DNA from: Rhizophagus irregularis
Taxonomy: Eukaryota
DNA: 64,000 bases
Direction of reading: 5' to 3'
Assembly (NCBI RefSeq): GCF_026210795.1
Contig: NC_089433.1
Span: 3,596,001 to 3,660,000, forward strand
Shown here: positions 40,710 through 55,289 of the stretch, piece by piece
Position numbering within the stretch: position 1 is the stretch's first letter
Layout of the letters: every line of letters starts with the position of its first letter
Translations under genes and position numbers: made by a program
The notes under the pieces: generated by a model
Database searches by the model: none
What the model saw: the letters and a program-made list of their open reading frames with translations, nothing else
What the model was told of the DNA's origin: nothing

Positions 40710-41529
40710 TTTGGGATTTGTATTCGTGTTTTCTCTTTAATATTGTAAATATTTCATATTTATAATTATTAGTACTTGATTTCTAAAAAATTTTTGATTT
40801 GGTAGCAAAACATTAAATTGCAATAATAAGTTTATAAAATAATAATCAGGTTATTGTACAGTATATACTTTGAAATCCAATAAATTAAAGGATAAACTTC
40901 TATAATTTTAGCTAACCATTAAAATTATAAAAATATTGTGTATTTAAAGCCATAGTTTAGATTCAAACTAGTTATAATATTCGAGAATTTTTTTCGTTAA
41001 TATTTAATGATAAAACAATACATGCAACATTATTATAATTCAGTCTTGAATTGAGCTAAAATTATAAGCAAACGTCTAACGCTAACGGGGAGCTCCTGAC
41101 TAATGATTAATATATATATTTATCGCAAATTACATAATAAATTGTTCATTTTTTTGGGAAAACTTGATTTGTTACTATGAGGTTAAGCAATATCACATTA
41201 TCCAACACGTGACAAGATATAATGCTGACCTCAGATCTGCAAAGAATGATTTTTTCGTTTAAATAAAAAAAAATGATTTTTTTTCATTTATTTAATAAAA
41301 AAAATTACTTGTTTTTAGTTTTCATTTTTAATAAAAAAAAAGAATGATTTTTTATGAAAAATCAGTTGTGTTTCATTTTTAATAAAAAAAATGATTTTTT
41401 TTCGTTTTTAATAAAAAGAACAACTTCTTATTAATTAATAAAAAAATTTGTTTGTTCCTTTTTAATAAAAAAAGGACGATTTTTTATGAAAAATTCAGGT
41501 GTTTCACTTTTTAATGAAAAAAAGACATT

Positions 41530-42400
41530 TTTATTAATTAATGACTGTGTCACCACCAGATACGATTTTTATACATATTTTAAAAGTACAACAATTTATG
41601 CAGGGCATAGTGAAAAAGAAATTGTTTGTTTGATTGATGATGATGATTTAGCGAGTGTAATCTGGACTCAAGGGTTCAAGGCGCTCCCAATCGTCGTGGA
41701 CGCATGTAAGTCTTGTTCTATTTTTTGAGAATAACGCGTAAAATGTCTAACAAAGATTGTTTTTGGTGTTTATAGTACAACAGCCATTCTCATCATTACA
41801 TTGATCTGCCCAGGTTCGATGGAGGGTCCGCTGATGTTGCCAATTACGAAAAGGTATTAGAGCAAATTTAGCGATAAAGCATAAGACCTGTATTCATATC
41901 ACTAGCGCAAACGAAGCAACACGACATGAGTTTATTTCATCCGTTTTCATTGCGTTTCTTGTTATGATGGTGAAGTGGGTATGCCAAGAATATAAGTCTT
42001 CTGGAAGTCATGGGAAAGGGCCAGTGGATTGGGTTATCAAGATTGGTGATACAATTGTTGTTATCGAGGCTAAAAGGGAGGATATTAACCAGAGGTTAGT
42101 CAGAATGCAATCCAGTTACACCAACGTGATAAAAGAAATGTACATATAATGAGCTTTGCATGAGATGGTATCGTTTCAACAGGGTTGACTGGGTCATAAT
42201 TAGTTAGTCACTACTGTACTGGCGATTGCAATGATATCGAAATGTCAAGGTATTATTGAGTTCACAAACACCATTTACTTTTCCCATTAATGAGAGTGTG
42301 TTTGACAGAAGTCTCACGCTTGAGAAACTCAAGAACTTGGTCGTTGATGTATCCGGCTTCATAATAGACCAACAAAATACCATCATGCTAATGGAACTAA
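41530..42400 (+). pseudogene. Crinkler-like PD-(D/E)xK restriction-endonuclease-fold gene relic
   Basis: Fragments ANEATRHEFIS and GSHGKGPVDWVIKIGDTIVVIEAKREDINQ (D...EAK motif), with many frameshifts. Confidence 0.65.
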
Positions 42401-42429
42401 GATAAGGAAATAAATGATTTAATTCCAAA

Positions 42430-43850
42430 AGAACCTGCCAACGTACCAGACTCAGTTATAGCTCAACTCAAACAGTGTAAGCCTGATTGCAAAATAAATA
42501 ATACTAGCTCCAAGTTGTTAGAGGACAGAGATTTGGACGCTTTTTTGGATGAAGTACAGAAGAAAAAGGTTATTACTGATGAAATGAGGCAAATGAAGCA
42601 GAGTAAAAAGCTTAGAGAAGATGATTCCCAGAAGAATTTGGATTCAGGGTGCTCATAGCTGGTAGCTTTTTCTACCTCTTCTCAGGAATTTGTTATTCCT
42701 TTGAATGAAGAAAATGAAAAGAGACCAATTTCTGTTGAATCAGAGTAAACAGATGAGGAGCAACTGAAGGCTTGAGGTAGGAATTATCCGCTTGCACTAA
42801 AGTCAGTGATAGCAAGATTGATAAGATGTTTGATATTCAGATTTTCGAACTCTCTTTAGAAGCAATTCTTACGGGATCTAGTGAAGTTACGGCAAATATA
42901 GTTCGTCTGTTTAGGTAGCAATCAAGGCCAAACAAAAGGAAATCTTATGCTAGTATTGTTATTATAAGATGTACGAGGATCGAATTGGAGATGTCAAATT
43001 TGTAAACAACATCGATGACCAATCAGCAAGGACATTGGTGTACAATGAGATCAAAGCCACATTACTGATGTAAAACTTGCGCAAGAAAGCGTCCAGAAAA
43101 AAAAATCTACACACTATTCATGGGAATAAGAATAGATAAGATCTAAGCAATTATAATGCAAGCGCGATTTCAAGCTTGACTGAGGCTCGGATTCAATTGC
43201 TTCAAGTTTTCTACGGACAACATAGATGAATGCCAAAAAGTGATCGACGTGACAAATTGTCACGCGCACATGACCGAATCTTCTGAGGTAAGCGTCTCAA
43301 CCACATCTATTCCTTTAACCATATCCCCAATTCTTCAGGTAATTCCTCTGTAATCAGTCCAATTAATTCGTCACGAATAAACGATCAAAACCTCAAATAC
43401 CTAGTAGTGTTCATGTTTTCGTCAAGAAATCAAGAGCTCCTCCTAAGTTCTCCTCTCTGCAAGAATCTATCAAAAAAGATGCGTAAAGAGGTTATTAATT
43501 TGGTGATAATCGACTTAATGTGCCCTACTTAGAACTAAACTTTTTGCATAGACAAGGATGGCGAGCATCAAATGGATTACTACACGATCTTTGGTTTACC
43601 CTTACGTTGCTTCGCAAAAATCTGTACTATGATTTGCACCAAAAAATATTTGTATTTGGACGGAAAATGGTGGATCGATGGTCAAGGCAGTAAAAGATAT
43701 TACAGTATTTGAAAATACGATAATATCAAAGATCCCGGAATTCCACTTGATAAGGTATTAGAAGCGTATTCTGAGAACTTTGATCTAAATCGGCCTATTC
43801 CTTGGAGTCATGCTCTTATGTTCCAATAACAGTAGAGGCGTGAAATTCTT
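42430..43850 (+). pseudogene. Decayed coding relic of unknown family
   Basis: Coding-like composition; fragments such as LEDRDLDAFLDEVQKKK and DDQSARTLVYNEIK, broken by stops. Confidence 0.4.
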
Positions 43851-45308
43851 GACTAAGTGTAACATAGGAGATATGTGACGTAATATTTGTATAAATTACA
43901 TGCGCATAACCTTTCGGCTAATATTTTTTTCTGCTATTCCAGTACTTTTTGACTTTACAAAGATAAGTTGAGTTATAGGAATGTGTATGCTAATTGCCGA
44001 AATTTGTAAGAAGCATTAACGCAATGAAGAAATGCAGTCATTAAATGGAGATCGCGGTAATTATTTGCACATAAAAACAGCAAAGACGTTCAAAATTTAC
44101 TGAACACAACTTTAATCCAATTTACTGAAGCAAACCTCCCATTATTTTTCTCTTCAACATTAGGAATCTCGCGACAATATCGATACAGAATTTACTACTG
44201 AACTTCGCAACGTGATAAAGACATCATTTCCGTTAACATTGAGGCATTCACTGCGGACACGTACAGTATATTACAAGGAATGTATCGAAAAAAATTTTCT
44301 ACTTACACAACAAAACAAACTGTCCCATCGCTATGTGCTGCAACCGTTAAGCCCGTGGTCTCCGAACGAACATTTTCTATATCTCCTCAATCAAGTACTT
44401 CATCGATAGTTGGAAGAATGAGGCAATCAATTTCAGATGAATTCACCAATCCAAATAATCAGTCAGTGGAAGCTTTCTCCAAAAGTCAAAGGAAAGGCTT
44501 AGGATGCCACTGCCCCCCGAACCTGTGGCAACGACCATACAATGACCCGTCATACCAGTCTACCAATGAATCACATCTAATCGGGCATCTTTTCCAATAA
44601 TCTATTCAGCCTATCGCTATAATAATCCTCCTATATAAAGTATTTGACGTATTGATGTGCATATTTGGCGTGCATATTTGCATTGCGTCAATAAGATTTA
44701 TGATTTGTTCAGTGAGTTGAGAGATAGGATCAAGCGAATTCAGCATTTTGACAAGTTGATATTTACTGCGCCACAAATCATATGACGTTGTGATATGATA
44801 GCACAACATGATGTTAGAAATTCTCTGTTATGATGTAGTTTTTTTCTTTTATACTCTAGAATATAAATATCAATAAAGTTTCGCCCACAAATTGTGCTTT
44901 ATTTTAACATGTTTGCGCGAGTATGTGCGTGTTATACATCAATAAAAATTAAATATTTATCAAAACGAATAAACAATTAAATTGCATAATTTTTTACTAG
45001 TTTTTATTTATTTATTTTTTAATTTGTCTTTAAAACTTCTTGATTAAACGAGAAAAGCCAAATTTAATCATTAAATTTGTTCAATTTGTTCGTGATGCGA
45101 CACGTATATAAATAATAAATAAAGTCGTGTTTATGTGGCGTTTTTTTGTGGCACAGCAGGTTCCAACTACAAATGATTAGGATCCGCGTACTCTTTGGTG
45201 GCATCACTTATTTCACTTGCAATCTCTAAGCACCATATAATGACAGCTGATTTAAAAAATAGAGATTGCCTCTACAAAAAAATTAAAAAAAAAAAATTAA
45301 AATATGAA

Positions 45309-45494
45309 ATGAAATTCAATCTATTTTTTGTTCTCTTGGCTACCTTTATTACCATTGCTTTAATTCATCCATCAGCCGGAAGTGAATGTAAATTCCCTTG
45401 TTGCAAGAATGATGCTGATTGCGGTTCCGGTCGTTTCTGTAGTATTCGAACATTTTGTTCTCCTGGTTGTGGTAGATGCATAGGCGGAAAGTAA
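45309..45494 (+). CDS. Small secreted cysteine-rich peptide (61 aa, 8 Cys), copy 1
   Basis: Signal-peptide-like MKFNLFFVLLATFITIALIHPSAG, then C-x3-CC-x5-C-x5-C-x5-C-x3-C-x2-C; conserved paralog at 46881. Confidence 0.88.
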   Translation: MKFNLFFVLLATFITIALIHPSAGSECKFPCCKNDADCGSGRFCSIRTFCSPGCGRCIGGK

Positions 45495-46880
45495 AGGTTG
45501 GTGATTTTTGTAATGTTTATACATATTAATAGTTATTTACTGTCTTGTATTTTTTAACTCAGTGTATTTGGCGAATAAAGAAATGATAGTGAGACGACTT
45601 TTTATGTGTAATATTGTAAAGCATGACGCATATTAATTAATAAAGTTTTTACCAGCAAATCCTATATATCGGAATTATGCTGGTGGTATGACGTATATAT
45701 ATATATTGTGTTAAATGATCACTTGCTAATACATTGTACTACGTTGCTTCGTAATTATACTGTACTCTAGAATTTCTAGCATTCAGACTGTGCATCGTGG
45801 TTACGGAAACGCACTCATAAATTCGCAACACATCAATACAATTTTTTTCTCGCTCAACTGCACATAATCTACCTACGGCCCATTGACAGCTCATAAATTT
45901 GAATCCTATAGTATAACTTGATAAAGAATCGCTATAATCGTATAAAAATTTTTTATGGATGTGCTCCGATTTTTACCTAGTTTCTGTCTTCCGAGAATGT
46001 TCCGAGGATGTTAGCAAGAAAACGGCCTAAGATTTGATGCTTTGCTATTTCCATTTCGGGAAGGTATTAAAGGATTGTTACGATTTCTACCGAGGATCTC
46101 ATCTGGTTATTAATGACGAGGTTAGAAAACAGATTCCCGAACCAGTCAGTGAAAGCTTGCTCCGAAAGACAAAGGAAAGGGCCTAGAAGATTTATGATTT
46201 ATTCAGTAAGTTGTGAATTGATAGATAGGATCAAACGAATTCAGACCTTTATAGCAATAACATTAATAGTAGTATTTCTTAGATTACGTTTTGGCAAAGA
46301 TATTTACCGCGCAACAAGTCATATGACGTTGTGATATGATAGAGTAGCTATGATGTACTGTAGTTTTCTGTACTCTCGAATATAAAATATCAATAAAGTT
46401 TCGCCCACAGGTTGGGCTTTATTTTTAACATGTTTACGTGAGTGTGTACGTGTTATACATCAATAAAAATTTCGCCACCTTAAATATTTATCAAAACGAA
46501 CAAACAATTAATTACATTTACTTTTTAATTTATCTTTAAAACTTCTTGAATGAACGAGAAAAACCAAATTTAATGATTAAATTTGTTCGTGATGCGACAC
46601 GTATATAAATAATAAATAAAGTCGTGTTTTATGTGGCTTTCTTTGTGGCACAGCAAGCTCCAACTCTCGTCAAGAACAAATGATTAGGATCCGCGTACTC
46701 CTTTACTCTTTGATGGCATCACTTATTTCACTTGCAATCTCTAAGCACCATATAATGACAGTTGTGGTTAGCCAAGCATAAAGCCTCTAACCGATTTATA
46801 CTGTATAAATATGCTCTTGAGCCACACGATTTGAAAAATAGAGATTGCCTCTACAAAAAAAATAAAAAAAGTAAAATAAA

Positions 46881-47066
46881 ATGAAATTTAATCTATTTTT
46901 TGTTATCTTGACCACCTTTATTACCATTGCTTTAATTCATCCATCAGCGGGAAATAAATGTAAATTCCCTTGTTGCAAGAATAAAGCTGATTGCGGTCTC
47001 GGTTATTTCTGTAGTATTCGAACATTTTGTACTCCTGATTGTGGTAGATGCATACACATACGTTAA
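46881..47066 (+). CDS. Small secreted cysteine-rich peptide (61 aa, 8 Cys), copy 2
   Basis: Same signal peptide type and Cys spacing; mature-region substitutions lie outside the cysteines. Confidence 0.88.
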   Translation: MKFNLFFVILTTFITIALIHPSAGNKCKFPCCKNKADCGLGYFCSIRTFCTPDCGRCIHIR

Positions 47067-47854
47067 AGGTTGGAGATTTTTGTAATTTTAATACGTACTA
47101 TTAGCTTTTTAATGATTAATTAGCTATTTACTGTCTTATATTTTTCAATTCAGTATATTTGGCGAATAAATAAATGATAGGGAGGCGATTTTTATATGTG
47201 GTATTGTAAAGCATGACGCATATTAATTAATAAAGTTTTTGCTAGTAAACCTATATATCGGACTAACTAATGTACATTATACTATATTCTGGTGGTATGA
47301 CGTGAAATGATTACTTGCTAAATAAACACATTATCGGTCCAGTAACAACCCATATAAATTTGAATCCTAGTATAAACTTGATAAAGAATCTCTATAATTC
47401 GTTAAATGTATTCCGATTTTTATCTTCTGATTTTCATTATTCCTTTTTGATCCGAAAATCGATAATTTTCCGGAATAGTACTTGTAGATATTACCCAGTA
47501 AATATTATGAATGAAACCGGAATAATTAAAAAAAATAAAATAAAATAAAAATGATCGTAAACATGATTTCACTAAAATCACGCCAAACAATTTTGGAAAC
47601 TAAATTATACTAACTTGAAATCGCAAGATCTGGTAGTAGGGCTGTATCAAATTGGTTAAGTAGATTTTTTTTTTTCAGATTATTTAATTTAAATACGTTA
47701 AAAAAATCAATTTATCCCCAAAAAATACTTCCGGAAGATTAGAATTTTCGGGATTTATTCTAGCCAATTAAATTCAAGATAATCGATCATAACTCCAATT
47801 AGCTGAGTATGAATTATTTTTTGCCTTAGGTTTAGTCTTATTGTTTTAAACAGA

Positions 47855-49351
47855 CCCTATAAAAAAATTGGATACGTTTTTTATAAAGTTTTTATACGAT
47901 TTTTTTTCCTTAGAAATAACGTATCATAATAGGATACGGAAAAATGCACAATTCCGTATCACTAAAAATATGGTTTGGATACAGAATTTGCACGGGATTT
48001 ATATGGAATTTACATGATTTGATCATTGATTTTATCACGAAATTTATACGATTTGGTCACTGAATTTACTATTTGTATTACAGTTTACTATAATTGTATT
48101 TACATAAATCTAATTTTACTTTATTAAATTAAATAAAAAATAAAAAATAAACAAAGTACAAATACATTATGAAAATTCCCTCCTTATTAAAACCACCTAT
48201 TGCAACCAAAATTATCTATAAGTTCACGTTCATTTGGAGTCAAACAACCATGAAAGAACAATAAAAAAAGATTGGAAACAAAACCCCCCTCATATAGTAT
48301 CTGCAATCGTCCAAGTCACCAAAGGTCAGCATTCCTACAAAAAAAGAAAGAGAACTCCAGAATGTCTGACCTACATAAAAGAAAAGAATTATGAGGCGTC
48401 TAATGAAAAAGAAACCAAAACAACAAAATAAATCCAAAACTGACCTATAAAAAAAGAAGACTCTGAAGCAACAAAACTGAAACAACCTACAAAAAGAAAA
48501 GAATCTAAACCCAACTTACAAAAAAACAAGAAAATTGAACTGACCTAAAAAAAGAAAAAAATCCTGAATCATCCTACAAAAAGAAAAGGACTCCAAAATG
48601 ATCTACAAAAAAGAAAAAAGAAACTGAATATTCTCACAAAAAAAAATCAGCTGGCCTATGAAATAAAAAAAGGGATAAATATGAAAGGGGAATAAAGAAT
48701 AAATCAAAAAAAATATTTTTTTAAAAAGAGAGGGAAAGTTAAAAAAAATTTTTTTTTTAAAGGGAGGACGTCAAAGTTAGAAAAATAAAAAATTTTTTAT
48801 AAAGAGGAAATAGAAATAGAAAGAAGAAAATTTTTTTATAAAAAAAGAAGAGTGGGAATAAAAGAAAAAATTTTTTTTTAAGGGAGTGACGAAAAAAATT
48901 TTTTTTTCAAAGGAAGAGTGACGAAAAAAAAAATTATTTTTAAAAGGGGGTGACGAAGAAAGAAGAAAAATTTAGAAAAAATAACAAAAATAAGACAAGA
49001 GAAAGAGAAAGGAAAGGAAAGACAGAAAGGAAAAATCGGAAGATCAAACTCATCAAAAGTAAGGGTTTATATAAAAAACAAAAAACGTATCATAACAATA
49101 AACAATCATGTGATTTCGTGTTATGATACGGATTTTTGTAAATTATCTTCTAAAAATATTAAGTTTAAAAATTCCGTATACATTCCGCATGATTAATTTT
49201 TTCCGTATACATTTCTTATACATTAGTTTTTTTAAAAATGTTCAAAAATGAATTGCTTATTAAATATACGGAATTTGTATACGGAATCTATAGAAACGTA
49301 CAAAAAATGTATACAAAACGTATCCTTTCCGTATACATATTTCTTATAGGG
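47855..49351. mobile_element. Non-autonomous element with CCCTATAA...TTATAGGG termini and a 3-bp TSD (AGA), CMC-like
   Basis: AGA flanks at 47852-47854 and 49352-49354; subterminal ATACG/CGTAT repeats at both ends; A-rich interior. Confidence 0.82.
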
Positions 49352-51233
49352 AGAGGGAACCGGTTGATTATTACTAATCAATCGAAATTTATCGAGCTCG
49401 TCCAAAATTTATTTTTATTATTTCATGTTTTTATTATTTTTATTTATTAATAACAAATTATTAATAAATTATAAATGAAACACTAAAATTTTTTATTCAT
49501 TAATAAATAGAATCTTTACAAATTGATATTTCAGTTCTCAATTGAATGTTAATTAAAATGTAGACTTTTTTAATCAATACGATTAACGTGATTAATTTTG
49601 TTTTCTTTTTTATCCGTGACATTTATTTGTTTTTATTAGGTTCAAATAACGAATTTAATAGTTCATAAAATGGGTTGACAAAAGTCAAATTCTCCAATAT
49701 TATCATTGTTATGTATTTATTTATAGCATAATACTTTGAAAACTTTTATTTTTCAGTATTGAACTAAAAAACTGAAGATAGAAAAAGTAATTAAAAAATT
49801 TTTTTTTGGTTTAAAAAAAAAATAATGAAAAAAAAATAATTATAAATAAAAAATCAGAAAAAGTGTTCACTGTAGCATTGATCCAAATTGGTATCAAAGA
49901 AAAATACGATTTAAAAAAAACTGGAAGAATAAAAATCAAAAATTCAACAATAAATTAAGAAAACCAGTTTAAAAAAGATGGAAAAAAGAGAAAGAACCAA
50001 AAAAAATTTTTAAATAATTTTGAAAACCGGAAAAATGGGTTTAAAAAACAAAAAAATTTGAAGGGAATGGCCAAAAAAAGAAATATGATTAATAACTTTT
50101 TGTAAAAAAAAAAAAATTATTCGATCAAAACTTTAATGGCTGTTGTAACGTGATAGCCAATCAAATGTTTCCAGCCATTATATTTACTTGATTATTTTAT
50201 AATAAATTTTGTTATATCTTGTAAAGGTAAAAAAATTTTATTTAAAGTAATATAAACAATGTGATTTTGAATTTCTTAATTAAATGAGTTTATAAAAATC
50301 ATTTTATCTCGGATTTGTATAAAATCATAAATATCAAGCGATATGCATAAAACGGAAATCTTTTAAATAAAGGGTCGAAGAAAGAGGAAATATTATTGTA
50401 AATTTATGCTCACGCTATACGATTTAATAAAATTTGTGAATAAAAAACGTGTCAACTTAACTTAATTTTTTAGTGGTTTATGCATTTTTTATTTTATTTT
50501 TGTTTTTTAACCAATTTCATTTTTATTATTGTTTCATTAATAAATAATAACTCAACCAAATAACTCAACCAAAGATTTTTTCAACTTTAAACCAAAATTT
50601 GTTTTCTTATTTTTATTTATTAATACCAAATTATTATTACTTTAGATTGACTTCGGCTTTGAAACAGATCAATATGGAGTGCTGCGCAGAATGCAGTAAG
50701 TCTTTTCTACCAGATTTTCCTATTTTTTTCTTCCTTATTTTCTGATTGAGCAAATTGTGAAGGTAGATAGATCTTAGCATAACGTCGGTCAGTCATTAAA
50801 ATCATGTATCACGGGCAATACCCTGAACCATTATTTTCGCATGTAACATGGGAAGCGTCTCAAACCTTTGTATTTATTTTTTATCCTTCGGTCTGTATTA
50901 ATAAAATCGCGCGCACGCGCTCACGTTTAATAAAGCATTAGACTATGCAGTGACGCCAGAGATGGCGAGATGCACTGTTTCAGAATACCGGAGGTAACGG
51001 TTAAAACAATGGCCTGATTGGGCAATCTTTATTATATTATATGTTTTACAATATGGTATATAAAAAAAGTGCTAACTTTGAGATCGTGCCGAATTTGAAA
51101 CTTTGCTACCACATGATCAACATGACCAGGCGCAGCTTACACATGAATTCTTTTACTTTCATAATTAATTTTGCGATAGATGACGTTGAAAAGGTTTATT
51201 TGGATGTCAACCACCCGCTCTAATTTATCGTTG

Positions 51234-51600
51234 CTAATAAAAAAACAGATTATAGAGCTTCCCGCCACCTTCAGTTTTCTTTCGAATCGCACTCTTAATA
51301 ACTTCTTTCGGGAGCTGACCTCGGATCTCGTCATTGACCTTCTTCTGAACCTCATGCTCCTCCCGTTGCGAGGCAATTATCGGCAGGGCAGTTGTTTTGC
51401 CGTGAAAGAAGAAATACTTTTTTATACAGCCCTTATGATACACATGTCCACAAAATAACACGGTAAATGCTTCGAACATTTATCGAGTTCAGTAAAATTC
51501 CGTGTCCTTTATAACGATATCGTCACCTAGTTTCTTTAGGATGCTGTAAGCGAGGTTTCGAATGCTGGGTAGAGACACCCTGTAATACCTGGTCTTTGGG
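51234..51600 (-). pseudogene. RING-finger-like fragment
   Basis: FCGHVYHKGCIKKY motif in a broken frame. Confidence 0.45.
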
Positions 51601-51959
51601 AAGCTATAAACAAAAAAAAGACTGTTAATATAGCGCTTTGAATTTCCACAGGAACAAGCGATCACTGGATGGATCTTCATTAGCAATTACGTACTGCATT
51701 TCGAATCTCGATGATTAGCTTACACATTCCCCAAATAACTTAGATTTTTTAAAAATGCATATAGGTATGCAATTTGTACTGTATATCGAAAATAAAAATA
51801 TGTAGTCACTTTGTAAATACTAACTGTGCATTGGAAAATGTAAAAAAATAAATTAGGAGAACAAACTAATGCTTTATTATACGACTTTATTAAGCCTTAC
51901 AGCTGTTTAAGTATTAATATTACATGTCAATAATTAGAATAAATTTCATGTTATATTAA

Positions 51960-53900
51960 TTACCATTTGTCAACCAAAGACTTCTCCTGTTCAAAGACAA
52001 GAGGTAAAAATGATTTGATCGCATTCTCCCTTTTTAAATCTGTCTTTTCGTCAAACAAAGTACTCCTTTGAGTATGAAGTGACCAAGGACGAGCGAAAAG
52101 TATTTTAGATAGTCTTTTACCAATTTCATCATCACAACATTTGAAAGACCTGGCGCCTCGAATATAGATAATATGCTTTTTACCTTTTTGAGCAGTATTA
52201 CTTCGTAATTCCATAGTATCTTTACTCTTCATTTCCGCAGTTCATCATCTAAACCAAAGATCAATATATATACCTAGAACCTTATAGCCGCTCATTTTCT
52301 TACCAAAAGCAGTTTGCGGACCTGCTAAAGAAGTAATATCTGTAGTATCATTATAGTTTTTTAACATTCTTATTTTGAATTGAAATGATATCATAACCAG
52401 CGGAATATTTGAAAGGAATAATATGATCAATATCATAAAATCCATTGAATGCAGTGTGACGGTGATAGGCTTCCACGACAAGTTCTTTGATAGGAACTTA
52501 TTCTCCCCGATTCCACATAATCTTATTGATAGCTAACAAAGATGTCCAATGGTTAAAGCTGATTTCTGCATCATGTATTTGCATATCTTTGAGAAACTTG
52601 TCAAGACTCTCTATTTCATTACGTAACAAAGACTACAAAAATAATTTCAAAGGAACTTTTTGTAAATATACAGTATAAGAGGTTCTTCAGAAAAATGTTC
52701 ATTTACAGCATCAGCGTATGCTTTCAAAATATGACGCGATTGGCAAGTTCTCCCCTTTCTCCCGCTTTTACTACCCCACGACTAAACAGTTCCAACAGTG
52801 TGTCCAAGCTGTTTTCCCAACCAACCTCAATAATTCCTTTCAGTGCTTCCGATGCAAGAATGGGATCAGATGGATATGTGCAAAGGATACTTGTGCGATC
52901 AAGTGAAACTCCTATAGCAGTTGCCATATGAGATGCTATCAGGATATCTACTTCTGCAATTCGAGGGGAAACTTCAAGAGCCAGGGTGCAGGCTGTACAT
53001 GCAAGGTTGGCAAGATAATCTTTATCGTTTTTGCTAAAATTGCGGATCTTTTGTGAAGCAAGATGAATAAGGTTTATAAGACTAACACCCGATTGAGCAA
53101 AAGAACCCCAAAGGGGAATTCCTAGATATGCGGTTCTGTCGGGATTATAGTTCTTATTAGAATTTCCAGCAAGTGATACCAATGCATCCATGGCATTAAC
53201 ATCAAATATGCAGGAAATACTTCAAAATCATGCGATCTGGCAGATACAGTATCTTTTGTTACTGGAGGGAGAAAATTGCCAATCTTCCCGTTTGTGCTGA
53301 TGAGAATATTAAAGGATCTACTCCACGATATTTTCCGAATTTGTCAGCTCCAATGAACAAAATAGGTCGTATGTTCCCCAAGCAACGTGTGTGCTTCATC
53401 AATGCAACAAACTACAGAGATTTCCCTACCAGGGAATAAGTTTATTACGAAATTTTTGTTACTGCAATCTGACGAAAGTTCAACTTGCTCTAACGATTTA
53501 AAGATACTATTCCAAAAATCTCTACATTCATTTTATGTTCAGCCTTTGTTTGAATACTCCAAAACTCTTTCTCGTTCCAATTTTTGGCTTTAATTTGTTT
53601 GATTGCCAGAGATAAAAGAGTACCAAATTTATTATTATGAATTGCTTCAAAAATTTATTGAATGCAAGGTGTTGAGAGGTATCCGGTACTAGTCTCATTA
53701 CATTTACAGATATACAGGACGAAGATTTTCTTGGTTCTCAGTCCCCCACGAGCCGTGATTTACTGGAACCGGAACTTTGAACGATTGTTAAATAATGGGC
53801 ATACGGTTTGTCTGTTTGAGCCATTCACTATGAAATTGTTTTAGCCGTGAGTAGAATTATGTCCAGAGTTGTTCCTTGGTATTTGATTCGAGATGCTTTT
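51960..53900 (-). pseudogene. Crinkler-like P-loop NTPase + nuclease gene relic
   Basis: Fragments VQSSGSSKSRL (degenerate Walker A, about 53720-53745), GIPLWGS, YPSDPILASEAL, GVVKAGERGELANR, with multiple frameshifts. Confidence 0.65.
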
Positions 53901-55289
53901 TCAACTTGAACTAGTTCAATATTACTCACATCTGTAAAAAATTATGAACACTGATTAATTAGTTGTTTAATAATGCATCAAAAAGGTTTCTACTATTACT
54001 TTCTTCTTCTTCCTCATCACTTGGAGAGCCTTCATCATCTAAATTAACAAGTGAGTACATTTTAGAAATTAATGTGTAGGGATTAAAATTTTGAAACAAC
54101 TATTTTATGCATACCATTTCCTTTGACTGTAACCTCTAATGCATTATTATCTTTCGTATTGCATAATCCAGTGACAAGTTCACTGTCCTCCAAGTTATCA
54201 CTCCCACTGTGAATATTGACATTTTCTGATATATCAAACCGAGCTTTGATCACCCTTTTCAATCACGTCAGTTAATTTCATTTTTTCCAGAATAGTTTTT
54301 GAGAAAGTGTCACGTTCCTCATTATAATGAACTCATATTTCCATATCTATTTTTACAGTTAGATAGAATGTGAGTAAGGAGTATTCAACATTTCGTGATA
54401 ATACTCGTGTATGGACCACAACAATTAATTACCTTGAAGTTTGATTCCAGCGATACCAGCTATCATACTTCCTATTCCTAATAGGATGATGAAATTAGTA
54501 TAGATTTGTGAAATCAAAAGATCAAGCCAAGACACGTTATCTCGTGTTGAATAAATATATTATGACCTACTTGCCAGCAACGGGTTGTGCTACGATAACG
54601 TGAATGTGTTTTTTGGGCGGGTTTGACGATAAGAAGATGGAAAGAAAAGCACAAGATTATGTAAGTATTCGGTATTATTTGCAAATATGACAGAGAAGGC
54701 GAAAAAAAGAACGAATTCCTTCAATTGTATGAAAACGTACCGGTTAATAAACTTCTCAGATATATATCTTTAACGTTATCATTTCCGCATTTGAGGGATT
54801 CTTCCAATCAAGTATTTTATCAGGATTATTGGAAATATAAGCTAGCAATTCACCAAAGTCTTTTTCTGTAATTACATAATCCAAGAAAAGGGGTGGAGGT
54901 GGACATGTTTTTGTGAAAATAATAGTGTTCAAATAAAGAAAGATTTTTTTTGCACTTTTTTTTGCAGATTGATATATAAGAAATCGATTGTCACACAGAC
55001 TGATCTGATGATTAGTTAATCAGTTACGGAGGAATCCCAATCAACAAGTCTTCCATGATATGTATTTTCGTCAGCGAAATTTTGGCAAGAGGAAATTAAT
55101 TTTTTAAAAAAAACGATTTTTTTAAATTAACCCCGGCTGAAAATTTTTAGCTACTACTCGAAAATGGACTACTCCTGTCATTAATTACAGCGTTCAATGT
55201 TGTCAGTCCTAAACGAACTAAGAGCTTTAAGTGAACTGTACTAAAATATCGAACATGCGACTTTCGAAGGACTAAAAAGTTCCATTTCC

